Origin: an uncultured Clostridia bacterium
Lineage (GTDB): Bacteria; Bacillota; Clostridia; Oscillospirales; SIG627
Length of the DNA stretch: 64,000 nucleotides
Assembly: GCA_947589595.1 (NCBI GenBank)
Contig: CANQBV010000005.1
Coordinates: forward strand, 22,602 to 86,601
Reading direction: 5' to 3'
In this document: piece by piece, positions 28,873-39,629 of the stretch
Layout: every line of letters begins with the position of its first letter
Position numbering within the stretch: position 1 is the first letter of the stretch
Position numbers and translations under genes: made by a program
Notes under the pieces: model-generated
The model's database searches: none
The model's input: only the letters and a program-made list of their open reading frames with translations
What the model was told of the DNA's origin: nothing

Positions 28873-29906
28873 TTTGATTTCTCCGCGTTTAAAAACTGGT
28901 AAATAGATGAAAGGGCGTTTTGCATAGCTTCCAAATCGCAAACCCTTGCGGTTGCCACAGAACCGTGAATGTACCGACAGGGAGTAGAGATATTAAATGC
29001 TTTCGCGCCGCAAACGGCTTTTTGCAGGGAAGATGCGTCATTTCCGCCGGCACAGAGAGTTTTGGTTTGGATCGGAATCTGCTCGCTCTCCAATTTTTGA
29101 AACAGCCGGTCGATCAGATCGTGATCATAGATGCTGGCACCATCCAGATAGGAAAGCACGCCGCCTTTTCCCTGGGCGCAGACACGGAAAATGCCTTCGG
29201 TCTGCGGCAGATCCGAAGCAGTTGTCGAATCCACTGCCACGCCAAAAGAAAACTTTTCGGATTCCGCCAAAGCATGGGCGCCGCGCAGGCCGGATTCCTC
29301 CTGCACGGTAAAAGCGAAGACAACGTTTTGAATCTCCGGATCGCGTATCATGCGGCAAAGATAAAAACAGCCCAGGCGGTCATCCAGCGCCTTTCCCTTA
29401 ACCGTGCTTTCGCAGGCATCCAGATAGGAAAATTCCGTATCAAACACAGCGTTGTCGCCCAGGCCTACCAGCTTTTCCGCCTCCTCCCGGCTCTGGCAGC
29501 CGATATCGATCGTAAGATCGGCATAGCTATTGGGCGTATAGCCTTTTTCTTTTCGGGAGAAGTGCACGGGGCGCGCACAGATGACACCCGGAAGTTTCTG
29601 GCTGCCGATGACAACGCGCTTGGAAGCTAAGTGCGCGGGATCGACACCCCCGAGCTGATCGAAGTGAAGGCTTCCGTCTTCGCAAATTTCCGTGATCATA
29701 AAGCCAACTTCATCCATATGCGCGCAAAAAAGCAGATCGGGATGATTTCCTTTTTCGGCAATCAGGTTTCCCATACGATCCATATATAGTTTTGTAACAT
29801 AAGGTTTGATTTCTTCAATCAGCATCGGAAACAGCGCCTCTTCCTCGCCCGTAGGAGCAAAGGCTTCGGAAAGCTTTTTCAAAAGTTCAAAGTCCCGTGT
29901 TTCCAA
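28869..29906 (-). CDS. M42 family aminopeptidase
   Basis: AHMDEVG, KALDDR, TVQEE, AVD, GGND, RYIH; TTG start after GGAGGT. Confidence 0.9.
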   Translation of the reverse strand: METRDFELLKKLSEAFAPTGEEEALFPMLIEEIKPYVTKLYMDRMGNLIAEKGNHPDLLFCAHMDEVGFMITEICEDGSLHFDQLGGVDPAHLASKRVVIGSQKLPGVICARPVHFSRKEKGYTPNSYADLTIDIGCQSREEAEKLVGLGDNAVFDTEFSYLDACESTVKGKALDDRLGCFYLCRMIRDPEIQNVVFAFTVQEESGLRGAHALAESEKFSFGVAVDSTTASDLPQTEGIFRVCAQGKGGVLSYLDGASIYDHDLIDRLFQKLESEQIPIQTKTLCAGGNDASSLQKAVCGAKAFNISTPCRYIHGSVATARVCDLEAMQNALSSIYQFLNAEKSK

Positions 29907-30948
29907 GAAAATCCACCTCCCCGTATTCAAAATTCGCTTTTTCGCAGAGAGCGATTAAAAGCTCGCTTGTTTTTTCAATATCGCCGACATACACAATCTC
30001 AGAGGGGGTGTGCATATTTTTCAGGGGAATGGAAATCACGCAAGAGGGAATGCCGCCGTCAATAACTTGAATCGCAGTGGCACTTGTGCCGGTACCGCCG
30101 GGTTCGCAGATCACCTGGCAGGGAAGAGAAAATTCCTTAGCGGTATCCAGAACCCAATTGCTCATTTTACGGGAAAGCGTATCGGTTATGGAAACGGACG
30201 GGCCTTTTTTCATCTCAATGCATTTGGATCGCTCCAAACCGGGACCGTAAGCAAATCCCACGTCCACAACGATCGCAAAATCTGGTTTTCTTTTCCGGCA
30301 TAAGCTTTTCACACCGATGGAAGTGGTTTCCTCTCCGGCAGAAAGAAGCACCAAAAGATTGCATTTTTCGCAGCTGATTTTTTGTGCGGCGTTCAGAACC
30401 GCCAAAACTCCGGCTTTGTTATCCAGTCCGCGCGCCGTCAGGAACCCACCGTTTAATGACTTTGGCTCTGCAGCGTAATGAGCGACATCGCCGACTGAAA
30501 GCACCTCTTTCATTTCTTCCAACGTTTTAAAACCGGTGTCGAGATAAATATTTTCGATTTTCAATTTTTCTTTTTGCTCTTCCGCGCTCAAAAGATGCGG
30601 CGGTTTGGCGGTAGCAATGGCGCGGCATGTTTTTTTTCCGAAAATAAAAAATTCCGTTCCGGGTAAAATTGCCGTATCCAGCCCGCCGCACGGTTCAATG
30701 GAAACAAAGCCGCCCTCCCATAATTCTTTCACGCATACGCCCACCTCGTCCATATGCGCTTCCAAAAGAACGGTGGGGAGATTTTCTTTTTTCCCTTTTT
30801 TATAAAAAAAACAGTTGCCGGCGGAATCGGTGCCGGCTTCATCAAACCCGGAGGCGTATTCCGCACACAGAAAGGCAGAGAGGGAAAATTCTCTGCCGGA
30901 AACGCAAGGGGAAGACTGCATCTTTTGTAAAGCAAAAAGAGTATCCAT
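29887..30948 (-). CDS. M42 family aminopeptidase
   Basis: AHMDEVG, GLDNK, SAGEE, VDV, KNMHTPSE. Confidence 0.9.
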   Translation of the reverse strand: MDTLFALQKMQSSPCVSGREFSLSAFLCAEYASGFDEAGTDSAGNCFFYKKGKKENLPTVLLEAHMDEVGVCVKELWEGGFVSIEPCGGLDTAILPGTEFFIFGKKTCRAIATAKPPHLLSAEEQKEKLKIENIYLDTGFKTLEEMKEVLSVGDVAHYAAEPKSLNGGFLTARGLDNKAGVLAVLNAAQKISCEKCNLLVLLSAGEETTSIGVKSLCRKRKPDFAIVVDVGFAYGPGLERSKCIEMKKGPSVSITDTLSRKMSNWVLDTAKEFSLPCQVICEPGGTGTSATAIQVIDGGIPSCVISIPLKNMHTPSEIVYVGDIEKTSELLIALCEKANFEYGEVDFLGNTGL

Positions 30949-30949
30949 A

Positions 30950-32344
30950 TCAAAGCTCCGAAACATATTTTTTAAACGTTTTGCCGCGCTCTTCAAAATT
31001 ACGGAATTGGTCGAAGCTGGCGCTGGCAGGCGAAAGAACTACAATATCGCCCGGCAGAGCTGCTTCTTTTGCTTTTTGTACCGCATCTTTTAAATCCGAA
31101 CACAAAATGACGGCAAGATTCTCTTTTTGGTATGCCGATGATTGCATCGCAGCGGTTTTGATTTTTTCCGAAGTTTGACCGCACAGGATCAGGGTTTTGA
31201 CATGCCGACAAACCGTATCGCCAAACGCGGTATAGTCCAGATGCTTATCATATCCACCGGCAATGAGGATGACTTTTTGCGGAAACGATTCCAAACAGGC
31301 AACCGAGCGGGATGGGGAAGAATCAATTGAACTGTTGTAAAACTTCACTCCATTCAGCTCCCGCACAAGCTCGATCCGGTGCTCAACACCACCAAAGGTT
31401 TTGGCAATATTGAAAATATTTTCTTTTTTCACCCACGGAAAAACGGCGGCGATGGCAGCCATGTAATTCAATATATTGTGCTTGCCGGGTAAAAGAATAT
31501 CGGAAACCGACAAAATTTCATCGGTATTTCCGTTTTCACGCAGATAAATGCTGCCGTTTTGAAAATAAACGCCGTCTTCTTCAAAGACGCCTCGCTCGAG
31601 TGAGAAGAAACGCTTTTTTCCGTTTGCGCTGCAGGCACGGGTATAAGCATTGTCCCAACCGAACACGGCAACATCATCCGCCGTCTGATATCGAATGAGG
31701 TTCTTTTTTGCGTCTACATATTCTGCCATGCCGCGGTGCCAATCCAAATGATTTTCCGCTAAATTGGTAATGACGGCAACCTCGGGGCTGAAATGACAAT
31801 TCATAAGCTGAAAACTGGAAAGCTCCAACACGGCAATCGTGTTTTCATCTTGAATCTCGGCCAGTTGACATAGCATCGCTTTGCCGATATTGCCGCCGAG
31901 CAAAACGGGAACACCGGCGTTCTCCAGCATTTTTGCAATCAGCGTAGTGGTAGTCGTTTTGCCGTCGCTACCGGTCACGCCGATGCAAGTGCAGGGGCAA
32001 AATTCAAGGAAAAGCTCGGTTTCACAGGTGATCCGCGCGCCGTTTTCCTGCGCTTTTAAAAAAGGCGCAAGATCGGGACGGATTCCCGGAGAACGAACAA
32101 TGACGTCTTCCGAAAGATTTTCTAAGTAAGTATCGCCCAAATGAATTTTGGCTCCGTCCGCACTCGCCTTTTTCACTTCCGGGTCGCTCTCTTTCTTTTT
32201 CAGGTCCCGCACGGAAACATTTTTGGCGCCGGCGTCCAAAAGAAAGCGGATCAGCGGCATATTGGAGATGCCCAGCCCAATCAGAGCAAAGCTTTTTTCG
32301 CTGCAGAAGCGGCAGAAATCAGAATAATTCTTTTTTCTCTTCAT
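30950..32344 (-). CDS. murD: UDP-MurNAc-L-Ala--D-Glu ligase
   Basis: RSPGI, TGSDGKTTT, ELSSFQL, NHLDWH, HRIE, LSPASASFDQF. Confidence 0.96.
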   Translation of the reverse strand: MKRKKNYSDFCRFCSEKSFALIGLGISNMPLIRFLLDAGAKNVSVRDLKKKESDPEVKKASADGAKIHLGDTYLENLSEDVIVRSPGIRPDLAPFLKAQENGARITCETELFLEFCPCTCIGVTGSDGKTTTTTLIAKMLENAGVPVLLGGNIGKAMLCQLAEIQDENTIAVLELSSFQLMNCHFSPEVAVITNLAENHLDWHRGMAEYVDAKKNLIRYQTADDVAVFGWDNAYTRACSANGKKRFFSLERGVFEEDGVYFQNGSIYLRENGNTDEILSVSDILLPGKHNILNYMAAIAAVFPWVKKENIFNIAKTFGGVEHRIELVRELNGVKFYNSSIDSSPSRSVACLESFPQKVILIAGGYDKHLDYTAFGDTVCRHVKTLILCGQTSEKIKTAAMQSSAYQKENLAVILCSDLKDAVQKAKEAALPGDIVVLSPASASFDQFRNFEERGKTFKKYVSEL

Positions 32345-32369
32345 AGTATACCTCGCACAATTTATGTCT

Positions 32370-32435
32370 ATTATAAATCAAACAAAAATAATATTCAATA
32401 TTTGATTTGACAAAAATGAATCCTTGCGTTATAAT
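32370..32435. promoter_or_regulatory. Divergent sigma-A promoters of murD and rnpB
   Basis: Minus TTGAAT-N17-TATAAT (32370-32398); plus TTGACA-N17-TATAAT (32407-32435). Confidence 0.8.
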
Positions 32436-32444
32436 AATATATAC

Positions 32445-32814
32445 TTATGACCAAGCGGGGCGATCGCGCTTTGATTCCGAAAGGAAAAAAGTGAGGAAAG
32501 TCCGGGCTTCATATGGCAAGGATAACGGATAACGTCCGCCGAAGGTGACTTTAGGGAAAGTGCAACAGAAAGATACCGCCGGGGTTCCGGTAAGGGTGAA
32601 AAGGCGAGGTAAGAGCTCACCAGATCCTCTGGTAACACAGGATCTCTGTAAACCCTATCCGAAGCAACACCGCAGAAAAAACAGGCCGTTTTCGGTCAAT
32701 GCCGGCCAGGCAGTTTTACAGGTGGCTTGAGGCAGAGAGTGATTTCTGTCCCAGATAGATGATCGCCGGTGCTGAATCAGCATTACAGAACCCGGCTTAC
32801 AAGCTTGGTCATAA
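32445..32814 (+). ncRNA. rnpB: RNase P RNA (type A)
   Basis: GAGGAAAGTCCGGGC, AGTGCAACAGAAA, GGTGAAA, TAAACCC, ACAGAACCCGGCTTA; P1 TTATGACCAAGC/GCTTGGTCATAA. Confidence 0.97.
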
Positions 32815-32858
32815 CATTCGGGCACATGGATATCGAGGATTGAGGAGGGAAAAGGTCA

Positions 32859-33128
32859 ATGTTCGATAATAAAAAAGGTTTCGATAAAGAAAAAACCATT
32901 ACGTACAAAGTTTCCATGGAGAGCGACGATCCCGTACGAAAAGCGCTTTTCACGGTCTACGAAGCTTTGATCGAAAAGGGGTATAATCCGCTCAATCAAT
33001 TGGTCGGGTATATCCTGAGTGAAGACCCAACTTATATCACGAATTTCAACAACGCACGCACGATCATCGGCAGAATCGATCGCGACGAACTCTTGCGCCA
33101 GCTTTTGAAGAGTTATTTGAATATTTAA
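32859..33128 (+). CDS. ireB: IreB/ReoM (UPF0297) regulatory phosphoprotein
   Basis: VYEALIEKGYNPLNQLVGYILSEDPTYIT..NAR..IDRDELL. Confidence 0.9.
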   Translation: MFDNKKGFDKEKTITYKVSMESDDPVRKALFTVYEALIEKGYNPLNQLVGYILSEDPTYITNFNNARTIIGRIDRDELLRQLLKSYLNI

Positions 33129-33142
33129 AGAAAGGCACCGCT

Positions 33143-33418
33143 ATGGCAAAGGAAATTACGGAATATACATCATATTGCGGAAAACCGCTCGTGCGGAACG
33201 GCAATATCATCTGCTACGGAAATCCGGGCAGAAAAGCGATTTTGATTTTGACGGTACTTACCAATAAGGATTTTCACGGAAAAGAAATTCCCGATATGAT
33301 TTTTATGCAGGTTCAGAATACCGAAACCGGTGAAATCGTAAAGCAATCTGAAAAATTCGGGCTTTACGAAGCCCTGGATGTCGGCAAGGTCTGGCTGGAT
33401 AGGGAACTGAAAAAATAG
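33143..33418 (+). CDS. Hypothetical protein
   Basis: RBS AAGG; GKPLVRNGNIICYG and GLYEALD motifs; followed by a terminator. Confidence 0.75.
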   Translation: MAKEITEYTSYCGKPLVRNGNIICYGNPGRKAILILTVLTNKDFHGKEIPDMIFMQVQNTETGEIVKQSEKFGLYEALDVGKVWLDRELKK

Positions 33419-33426
33419 TAGATTTT

Positions 33427-33472
33427 TCGTGCAAACGGGTAGGATTTTTGTGCCCATTTGCACGATTTTTTT
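33427..33472 (+). terminator. Intrinsic terminator
   Basis: TCGTGCAAACGGGTA/TGCCCATTTGCACGA followed by T7. Confidence 0.7.
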
Positions 33473-33484
33473 AAGGGGAACGCT

Positions 33485-33688
33485 ATGAGTATCAGATGGA
33501 AATTTTTTGTCGGCGACGTTTTAGAACTGAAAAAAGAACACCCCTGCGGTGAAAAAAAATTTATTGTACTGTTCGCAGGGAGCGATATAAAAATACGCTG
33601 CAACGGCTGCCGGCGGGAAATGGTTTTGCCGCGCGTTCAGCTTGATAAAATGATCCGCAGCGTTATTCCCGGAGAGAAAAATGATTGA
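33485..33688 (+). CDS. DUF951 family protein
   Basis: [25 protein letters not shown]. Confidence 0.85.
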   Translation: MSIRWKFFVGDVLELKKEHPCGEKKFIVLFAGSDIKIRCNGCRREMVLPRVQLDKMIRSVIPGEKND

Positions 33689-34751
33689 TCAATTACAATT
33701 CACGGAAAACCGATATCTTGAAATCGAAAAAGAACTCAGCGATCCGGAAATTGCCGGAAACGCAGCGGCTTATACCGCTTTGATGAAGGAATATAAAAAT
33801 CTATCGTCGATCGTTGAAAAATTCCGCGAGCATAAAAATGCCATCCTGCGGGAAGAAGAAGCCCGGCAGATTTTAGCGGAAAAGCCGGACGCGGAAATGA
33901 AAGAGCTTGCAGAGCTGGAGCTGGCCGAAGCAAAAGAAATACGGGAGAAAAGCTTGGAGGAATTAAAGATCCTCTTGATCCCGAAAGACCCGAACGATGA
34001 CAAAAACGTCATCATGGAGATCCGCGCCGGGGCCGGTGGGGAAGAAGCCGCACTGTTTTCGAGCGTACTTTACCGTATGTATTCCATGTACGCACAGGCA
34101 ATGGGCTGGAAGAGCGAGATCATTGACGTCAACGAAACCGAACTCGGCGGGTTCAAGGAAATCTCGTTTCTGATCGACGGGGAAGGCGCCTATTCGAAAC
34201 TGAAATATGAAAGCGGCGTGCACCGTGTGCAGCGCGTGCCGGAAACAGAATCGCAGGGACGGATTCAAACCTCCACGGTAACGGTGGCGGTGCTGCCGGA
34301 GGCTGAGGAAGTAGAGGTGGAAATCAACCCGCAGGATCTGGAAATCGACACTCACAGAGCCAGCGGCGCCGGTGGACAGCACATTAATAAAACCGATTCC
34401 GCCATCCGCATTTTGCATAAACCCACCGGAATTGTGGTAGAATGCCAGGATGAAAGAAGTCAATTAAAAAATAAAGAAAAAGCCATGAAGGTACTCCGAT
34501 CCAAAATATATCAAATGGAAGCGGAAAAGCAAAATGCAGAAATCTCCAATGCCCGTAAAACACAGATCGGTACCGGCGACCGCAGCGAACGCATCCGCAC
34601 CTATAATTACCAGCAGGGAAGAGTGACGGATCACCGCATTGGGTTTACCTTGTATTCTCTGGACGCTGTTTTAAACGGCAGACTGGACGAATTAGTGGAA
34701 GCGCTCAGCACCGCAGACCGCATGAAAAAACTGGAAAGCGGGGAATTTTGA
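33681..34751 (+). CDS. prfA: Peptide chain release factor 1
   Basis: [10 protein letters not shown] (PxT), [15 protein letters not shown]. Confidence 0.97.
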   Translation: MIDQLQFTENRYLEIEKELSDPEIAGNAAAYTALMKEYKNLSSIVEKFREHKNAILREEEARQILAEKPDAEMKELAELELAEAKEIREKSLEELKILLIPKDPNDDKNVIMEIRAGAGGEEAALFSSVLYRMYSMYAQAMGWKSEIIDVNETELGGFKEISFLIDGEGAYSKLKYESGVHRVQRVPETESQGRIQTSTVTVAVLPEAEEVEVEINPQDLEIDTHRASGAGGQHINKTDSAIRILHKPTGIVVECQDERSQLKNKEKAMKVLRSKIYQMEAEKQNAEISNARKTQIGTGDRSERIRTYNYQQGRVTDHRIGFTLYSLDAVLNGRLDELVEALSTADRMKKLESGEF

Positions 34752-35812
34752 TGCGAACCCGCGTTCTCAAATTGGATCCAAACCTGCCGGACGATTCTGT
34801 TTTGCGTCAGGCCGTCGAAGTGATCCTCAGGGGCGGGTTGGTAGCGTTTCCAACGGAAACCGTATACGGTCTCGGCGCCAATGCGCTGAACGGCGAAGCT
34901 TGTGCTCGCATATTCGACGCCAAAGGCCGCCCGCACGACAATCCCTTGATCGTGCATCTTGCCGATCCTTCGGACTATACAAAATATGCGGAGTGCGCAA
35001 ACACCGCTCTTTTTGAAGAAATCGCCCGGCGCTTTATGCCCGGACCGATCACTGTGATCCTTCCGAAAAAGAAAGAAATTCCGGATGAAGTCACGGTGGG
35101 GCTGCAAACCGTGGCGCTGCGCTGTCCTTCTCACAAAATCGCCCATCGGCTGATCGAGCTTGCCGGTGTGCCGATTGCCGCCCCCTCGGCCAATCTTTCC
35201 GGAAAACCCAGCCCAACGACCGCCGAGCATGTGATTGAAGATATGGACGGTAGGATCGATCTGATCCTCGACGGCGGCGAAAGTGCCGTCGGGGTTGAAT
35301 CCACCGTTATTTCTCTGAAAGGGGATTCCATCCACTTATTAAGGCCGGGCTTTGTGACCGCAGAGGATCTTTTTACGATCACACCGAAGGTGATGATCGA
35401 TCCTGCCGTGCTTTCGCAGCTTGAAAAAGGCGTCAAGCCCGAATCTCCCGGTATGAAATATCGCCATTACGCGCCGTCTGCGCTACTTACCATGGTATGC
35501 GGAAGCGAGGAAAAGGTGATTTCGTTTTTCCGTGAAAAACTGCAATGCGGCTGCGGGATCCTCTGTTTTGAGGAGGATATCCCGCATTTAAAGGGATTTG
35601 GCGATCCCGCCCGTGTGATCGCTTTCGGCAAGCGGGCAGATCTTTCCTCGCAGGCGCATTTGCTTTTTGCGGCGCTGCGCAGGTTTGATAAAATGAATTT
35701 AGAGCACATTTACGCTCGCCATACCGCGGAGAATGATTTAGGCCTGGCAATCTCCAACCGCTTGCTTCGCGCCTGTGCGTTTGATATTCTCGAGCTTGAA
35801 AGGGAACCATAA
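34751..35812 (+). CDS. tsaC: Threonylcarbamoyl-AMP synthase, Sua5 type
   Basis: FPTETVYGL, AKGRPHDNPLIVH, APSANLSG, SPGMKYRHYAP. Confidence 0.95.
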   Translation: MRTRVLKLDPNLPDDSVLRQAVEVILRGGLVAFPTETVYGLGANALNGEACARIFDAKGRPHDNPLIVHLADPSDYTKYAECANTALFEEIARRFMPGPITVILPKKKEIPDEVTVGLQTVALRCPSHKIAHRLIELAGVPIAAPSANLSGKPSPTTAEHVIEDMDGRIDLILDGGESAVGVESTVISLKGDSIHLLRPGFVTAEDLFTITPKVMIDPAVLSQLEKGVKPESPGMKYRHYAPSALLTMVCGSEEKVISFFREKLQCGCGILCFEEDIPHLKGFGDPARVIAFGKRADLSSQAHLLFAALRRFDKMNLEHIYARHTAENDLGLAISNRLLRACAFDILELEREP

Positions 35813-36402
35813 TGGTAGTATTGGGAATTTGCGGCTCCAGCGGCTCCGGAAAATCCAGTGTGTGCCGGATCCTGGAAACGCTTGGTGCGGAAATTTTGGA
35901 CTGTGATCAGATTTATCACCAAATTACCTCACATCCATCTCCCTGTCTGCAAGCAATTGAAAAGGAATTTGGCTCGGATGTGGTTTGCGGTGGAAGGCTG
36001 GATCGAAATAAATTAGGCGAGATTGTCTTTCTGAATCGGGAAAAAATGCAAACTTTAAACCGCCTCTCTCATCACTTTGTAAAAAAAGAGCTTGCTGATA
36101 GTATAGATCGTTTTCGCTCGGGAAAGAAAAAATGCTGCGTGATTGATGCGCCGCTTCTGCTGGAAGCCGGGCTTGATTCCTGGTGCGACCATACCATTTG
36201 CGTTACGGCCGAAACCGGCTTGAAACTCCAAAGGATCATGCAGCGCGACGGTGTGACGTTGGAGGCGGCAAAACGTCGGCTAGACTTTCAGATTTCCGAT
36301 GAGGAGCTGCGGCAAAAATGCGAATTTTGCATTGATAATAACGGCGACTTTGAAACACTGCAAAAGGAATGCCGGCGGATTGCCGGTATGTGCGGATTAT
36401 GA
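35812..36402 (+). CDS. coaE: Dephospho-CoA kinase
   Basis: GSSGSGKS, LDRNKLGEIVF, DAPLLLE, RIMQRD. Confidence 0.93.
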   Translation: MVVLGICGSSGSGKSSVCRILETLGAEILDCDQIYHQITSHPSPCLQAIEKEFGSDVVCGGRLDRNKLGEIVFLNREKMQTLNRLSHHFVKKELADSIDRFRSGKKKCCVIDAPLLLEAGLDSWCDHTICVTAETGLKLQRIMQRDGVTLEAAKRRLDFQISDEELRQKCEFCIDNNGDFETLQKECRRIAGMCGL

Positions 36403-36971
36403 AAAAGGCGCTGAAAATTTTTTTGATCCTGGTATTGCTTTTCGGACTTTTTCTTGGTTGCCGGCAGCTTTATCACAATTATATGCAAACGCAATACCCT
36501 TTGACCTATGAGGAATATGTTTCCAAAGCCGAAAAGGAATACGGAATCCCGAAAGAAACGATTTTCGCCGTAATAAAAGCAGAAAGTTCCTTTCGGGAGG
36601 ACGCGGTTTCTTCCTCCGGCGCTGTTGGGCTGATGCAGATTTTGCCGGATACGATGGAGTGGCTATGCCAAAAGCGAGGGGAAAATTATTCCGAAGAAAT
36701 GCTGTATGATCCGGCGGTGAATATCGATTACGGCTGTTTTTATCTTTCCTATCTTTACGAATCTTTTCAGGATTGGGATTTGGCGCACGCCGCTTATAAT
36801 GCCGGGCCGAATAAGGTTCGTTCCTGGATGGAAGACGAAGCATTGTTCCAAGATGGAAAACTCATTTCCATTCCTTACAAGGAAACCGAAACCTATTTGC
36901 AGCGGATTCACGATTATAAAAACACCTATATCAAATATTACGCATCGAAAGGATGGAACAAAAATGACTGA
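36399..36971 (+). CDS. SLT-domain lytic transglycosylase
   Basis: AVIKAESSF, GAVGLMQI, AAYNAG, ETETY. Confidence 0.92.
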   Translation: MKKALKIFLILVLLFGLFLGCRQLYHNYMQTQYPLTYEEYVSKAEKEYGIPKETIFAVIKAESSFREDAVSSSGAVGLMQILPDTMEWLCQKRGENYSEEMLYDPAVNIDYGCFYLSYLYESFQDWDLAHAAYNAGPNKVRSWMEDEALFQDGKLISIPYKETETYLQRIHDYKNTYIKYYASKGWNKND

Positions 36972-38367
36972 AGAAAAGACAGTAGGCAAAGAACTTTCGG
37001 AAAAGCTATCCTATGAGTCAAAATCGGCTTCCAAGCTTTTCAGCAAAGAAGAAAAAGAGGCGGCTTTTGCTTTTGCCGAACCTTACAAACGCTTTTTAGA
37101 CGCTTCCAAAACTGAAAGAGAAGCGGTTAAAACCACTCTGAAAATGGCAAAGGATCACGGCTATGAAGAGTTTTCCTATGAGAAAACCTATCGCCCCGGC
37201 GACAAGATTTATTCTATCAATCGCGGAAAAGCCATTATTTTAGCCCAAATCGGTAAAAAATCGTTGGAAGAAGGCGTGGGGATCATTGCGTCTCATATCG
37301 ATTCTCCGCGTATTGATTTAAAACCGAATCCGCTGGTTGAAACCGACCAGATCGCCTATCTGAAAACGCATTATTACGGCGGCATTAAAAAGTACCAGTG
37401 GCCGACCGTACCGTTGGCTCTGCACGGTGTTGTTGTTTTGGCCAGCGGGGAAGTCAAAGAGATCTGCATCGGGGAAGAGGAGAGCGATCCGCTTTTCTAT
37501 ATCACCGATCTGCTGCCGCATTTGGCACAAGATCAGATGACCAAAAAGGCTTCAGAGGTCATCAGCGGCGAAAGGCTGAATATTCTGGTTGGATCCTTGC
37601 CGCTTGAAGAAGATATCGAGGCAAAGGATGCAGTCAAGCTGAACGTCCTGCGACTTCTGAACGAAAAATACGGCATGGTAGAAGAAGATTTCCTCTCTGC
37701 GGAGCTGACGCTTGTTCCCGCAATGAAAGCGCGCGATATCGGGCTGGATCGCAGCCTGATCGGCGCTTACGGGCACGATGACCGCGTTTGCGCTTTTCCG
37801 TCTCTTGCGGCTATGTTGGAAACGGAAAACCCCGCTTACACCTCGGTTTTGGTATTGACCGATAAGGAAGAAATCGGCAGCAGCGGCAATACCGGTTTGA
37901 ATACAAATTATCTTTATGATTTTCTGTGTGAATTGTGCAAGGACGTCAATCCCCGCAAAGCGCTGCAAAACTCCTGGTGCCTTTCCGCCGATGTTAACGC
38001 CTGCTACGATCCGACCTTTGCTGAAGTGTATGATAAGCGCAACAGTTCCCTTCTGAACCACGGTCTTGTAATTACGAAATACACCGGCGCACGCGGAAAA
38101 TCCGGCACTTCCGATGCTTCTGCCGAATTCGTAGGCAAGATTCGCAAGCTTTTGAATGAAAATCATGTAGCCTGGCAAATCGGCGAGCTCGGCAAGGTCG
38201 ATCAAGGCGGCGGCGGTACCGTGGCGCAGTATATTGCAAAACTGAATATCGATGTTGTAGATCTTGGCGTACCGGTGCTCTCCATGCACTCGCCTTTCGA
38301 AGCCATTTCCAAGCTGGATCTTTACAGTACCTACAAGGGGTGCCTGGCATTCTTTCAGCGCGTTTAA
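36964..38367 (+). CDS. M18 family aminopeptidase
   Basis: SHIDSPR, THYYGGIKKYQW, GHDDR, DKEEIGS, GGGGT, SMHSPFE. Confidence 0.93.
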   Translation: MTEEKTVGKELSEKLSYESKSASKLFSKEEKEAAFAFAEPYKRFLDASKTEREAVKTTLKMAKDHGYEEFSYEKTYRPGDKIYSINRGKAIILAQIGKKSLEEGVGIIASHIDSPRIDLKPNPLVETDQIAYLKTHYYGGIKKYQWPTVPLALHGVVVLASGEVKEICIGEEESDPLFYITDLLPHLAQDQMTKKASEVISGERLNILVGSLPLEEDIEAKDAVKLNVLRLLNEKYGMVEEDFLSAELTLVPAMKARDIGLDRSLIGAYGHDDRVCAFPSLAAMLETENPAYTSVLVLTDKEEIGSSGNTGLNTNYLYDFLCELCKDVNPRKALQNSWCLSADVNACYDPTFAEVYDKRNSSLLNHGLVITKYTGARGKSGTSDASAEFVGKIRKLLNENHVAWQIGELGKVDQGGGGTVAQYIAKLNIDVVDLGVPVLSMHSPFEAISKLDLYSTYKGCLAFFQRV

Positions 38368-38373
38368 GATTCA

Positions 38374-39615
38374 ATGAATGAAAAAAGTAAAATGCCGGAG
38401 CTTTTAGCTCCGGCAGGTAATTTTGAAAAGCTGCGCTCGGCGTGCTATTTCGGCGCTGATGCAGTCTATCTTTCCGGAAAAGAATTCGGTATGCGCGCCG
38501 CAGCCGGAAATTTTGCGCATGATGAGCTGTGCCAAGCGGCTTCTTTCGTGCATGGTTTGGGCAAAAAGGTTTTTATAACTTTAAATACCATGCCGAGAAA
38601 TAATGAAATCAAGCTTTTGGAAGAATATCTGGAATTTTTGGGGGATGTTAAGCCCGATGCCTTAATTGTAGCGGATTTCGGTGTTTTTTCGTTGTGTAAA
38701 AAACGGATTCCGCAAATTCCGATCCATATTTCCACACAAGCTGCCAACGTTAATTTTCTGTCCTGCGGCGCCTGGTATGACCTGGGCGCGAAACGTGTGG
38801 TGTTGGCACGGGAGCTTTCGCTGGAAGAGATTATCGAAATCAAACTGAAAGCCCCCAAAGAACTGGAAATCGAAGCGTTTATTCACGGTGCCATGTGCGT
38901 TTCTTTTTCCGGAAGATGTCTTCTTTCCGAGTATTATACCGGCAGAGACGCCAATAGGGGGGAGTGTACGCAGCCTTGCCGCTGGATCTATCATTTTGCG
39001 GAGGAAAAGCGGCCGGATGATTTTCTTTCGTGCGAAATTCATCCCGAAGGAAGCTATATTTTTGGTTCTAAGGATCTTTGCATGATCGAGCATATTCCGG
39101 ATCTTGTTGCCAGCGGACTGGATAGTCTTAAAATCGAAGGCCGTATGAAAAGCAGCTACTACACGGCCGTTGTTACAAACGCATATCGCATCGCGCTGGA
39201 TGAATACCAAAATTTCGGCAAGGTTGCAACTCCGGTTTCACTTTTGCAAAAAGAGCTCAATTCTGTTTCTCACCGGCAATACAGCACCGGTTTTTATTAT
39301 CATCCGATCTCAAGCGAATCCAATTTGGCAGATAACGCCGGATATATTGGTGAAAAATCGTTTCTTTGCACAGTAGAATCCTATGATCCGAAAGAAAAAA
39401 TTGCTGTATGCCGACAAAAAAATAAGTTTGGTATTGGCAGCGTGTGTGAAATCATAACACCGGGTAAAACCGGAAGAGTTTTTGCCGTGGAAAGAATGAT
39501 GGATCTGGACGGAAATCCAATCGACGCCTGTGCACACCCGCAAATGTTATTTCAAATTTCACTCGATTTTGAAGCGCATCCGGGCGATCTGATCCGCGGA
39601 TCCGCAAATGTCTAA
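38374..39615 (+). CDS. U32 family protein (TrhP-like tRNA hydroxylation)
   Basis: PELLAPAG, HISTQ, HGAMCVSFSGRC, NRGECTQPCRW, SLKIEGR. Confidence 0.92.
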   Translation: MNEKSKMPELLAPAGNFEKLRSACYFGADAVYLSGKEFGMRAAAGNFAHDELCQAASFVHGLGKKVFITLNTMPRNNEIKLLEEYLEFLGDVKPDALIVADFGVFSLCKKRIPQIPIHISTQAANVNFLSCGAWYDLGAKRVVLARELSLEEIIEIKLKAPKELEIEAFIHGAMCVSFSGRCLLSEYYTGRDANRGECTQPCRWIYHFAEEKRPDDFLSCEIHPEGSYIFGSKDLCMIEHIPDLVASGLDSLKIEGRMKSSYYTAVVTNAYRIALDEYQNFGKVATPVSLLQKELNSVSHRQYSTGFYYHPISSESNLADNAGYIGEKSFLCTVESYDPKEKIAVCRQKNKFGIGSVCEIITPGKTGRVFAVERMMDLDGNPIDACAHPQMLFQISLDFEAHPGDLIRGSANV

Positions 39616-39629
39616 AAAATTTTGTATAA

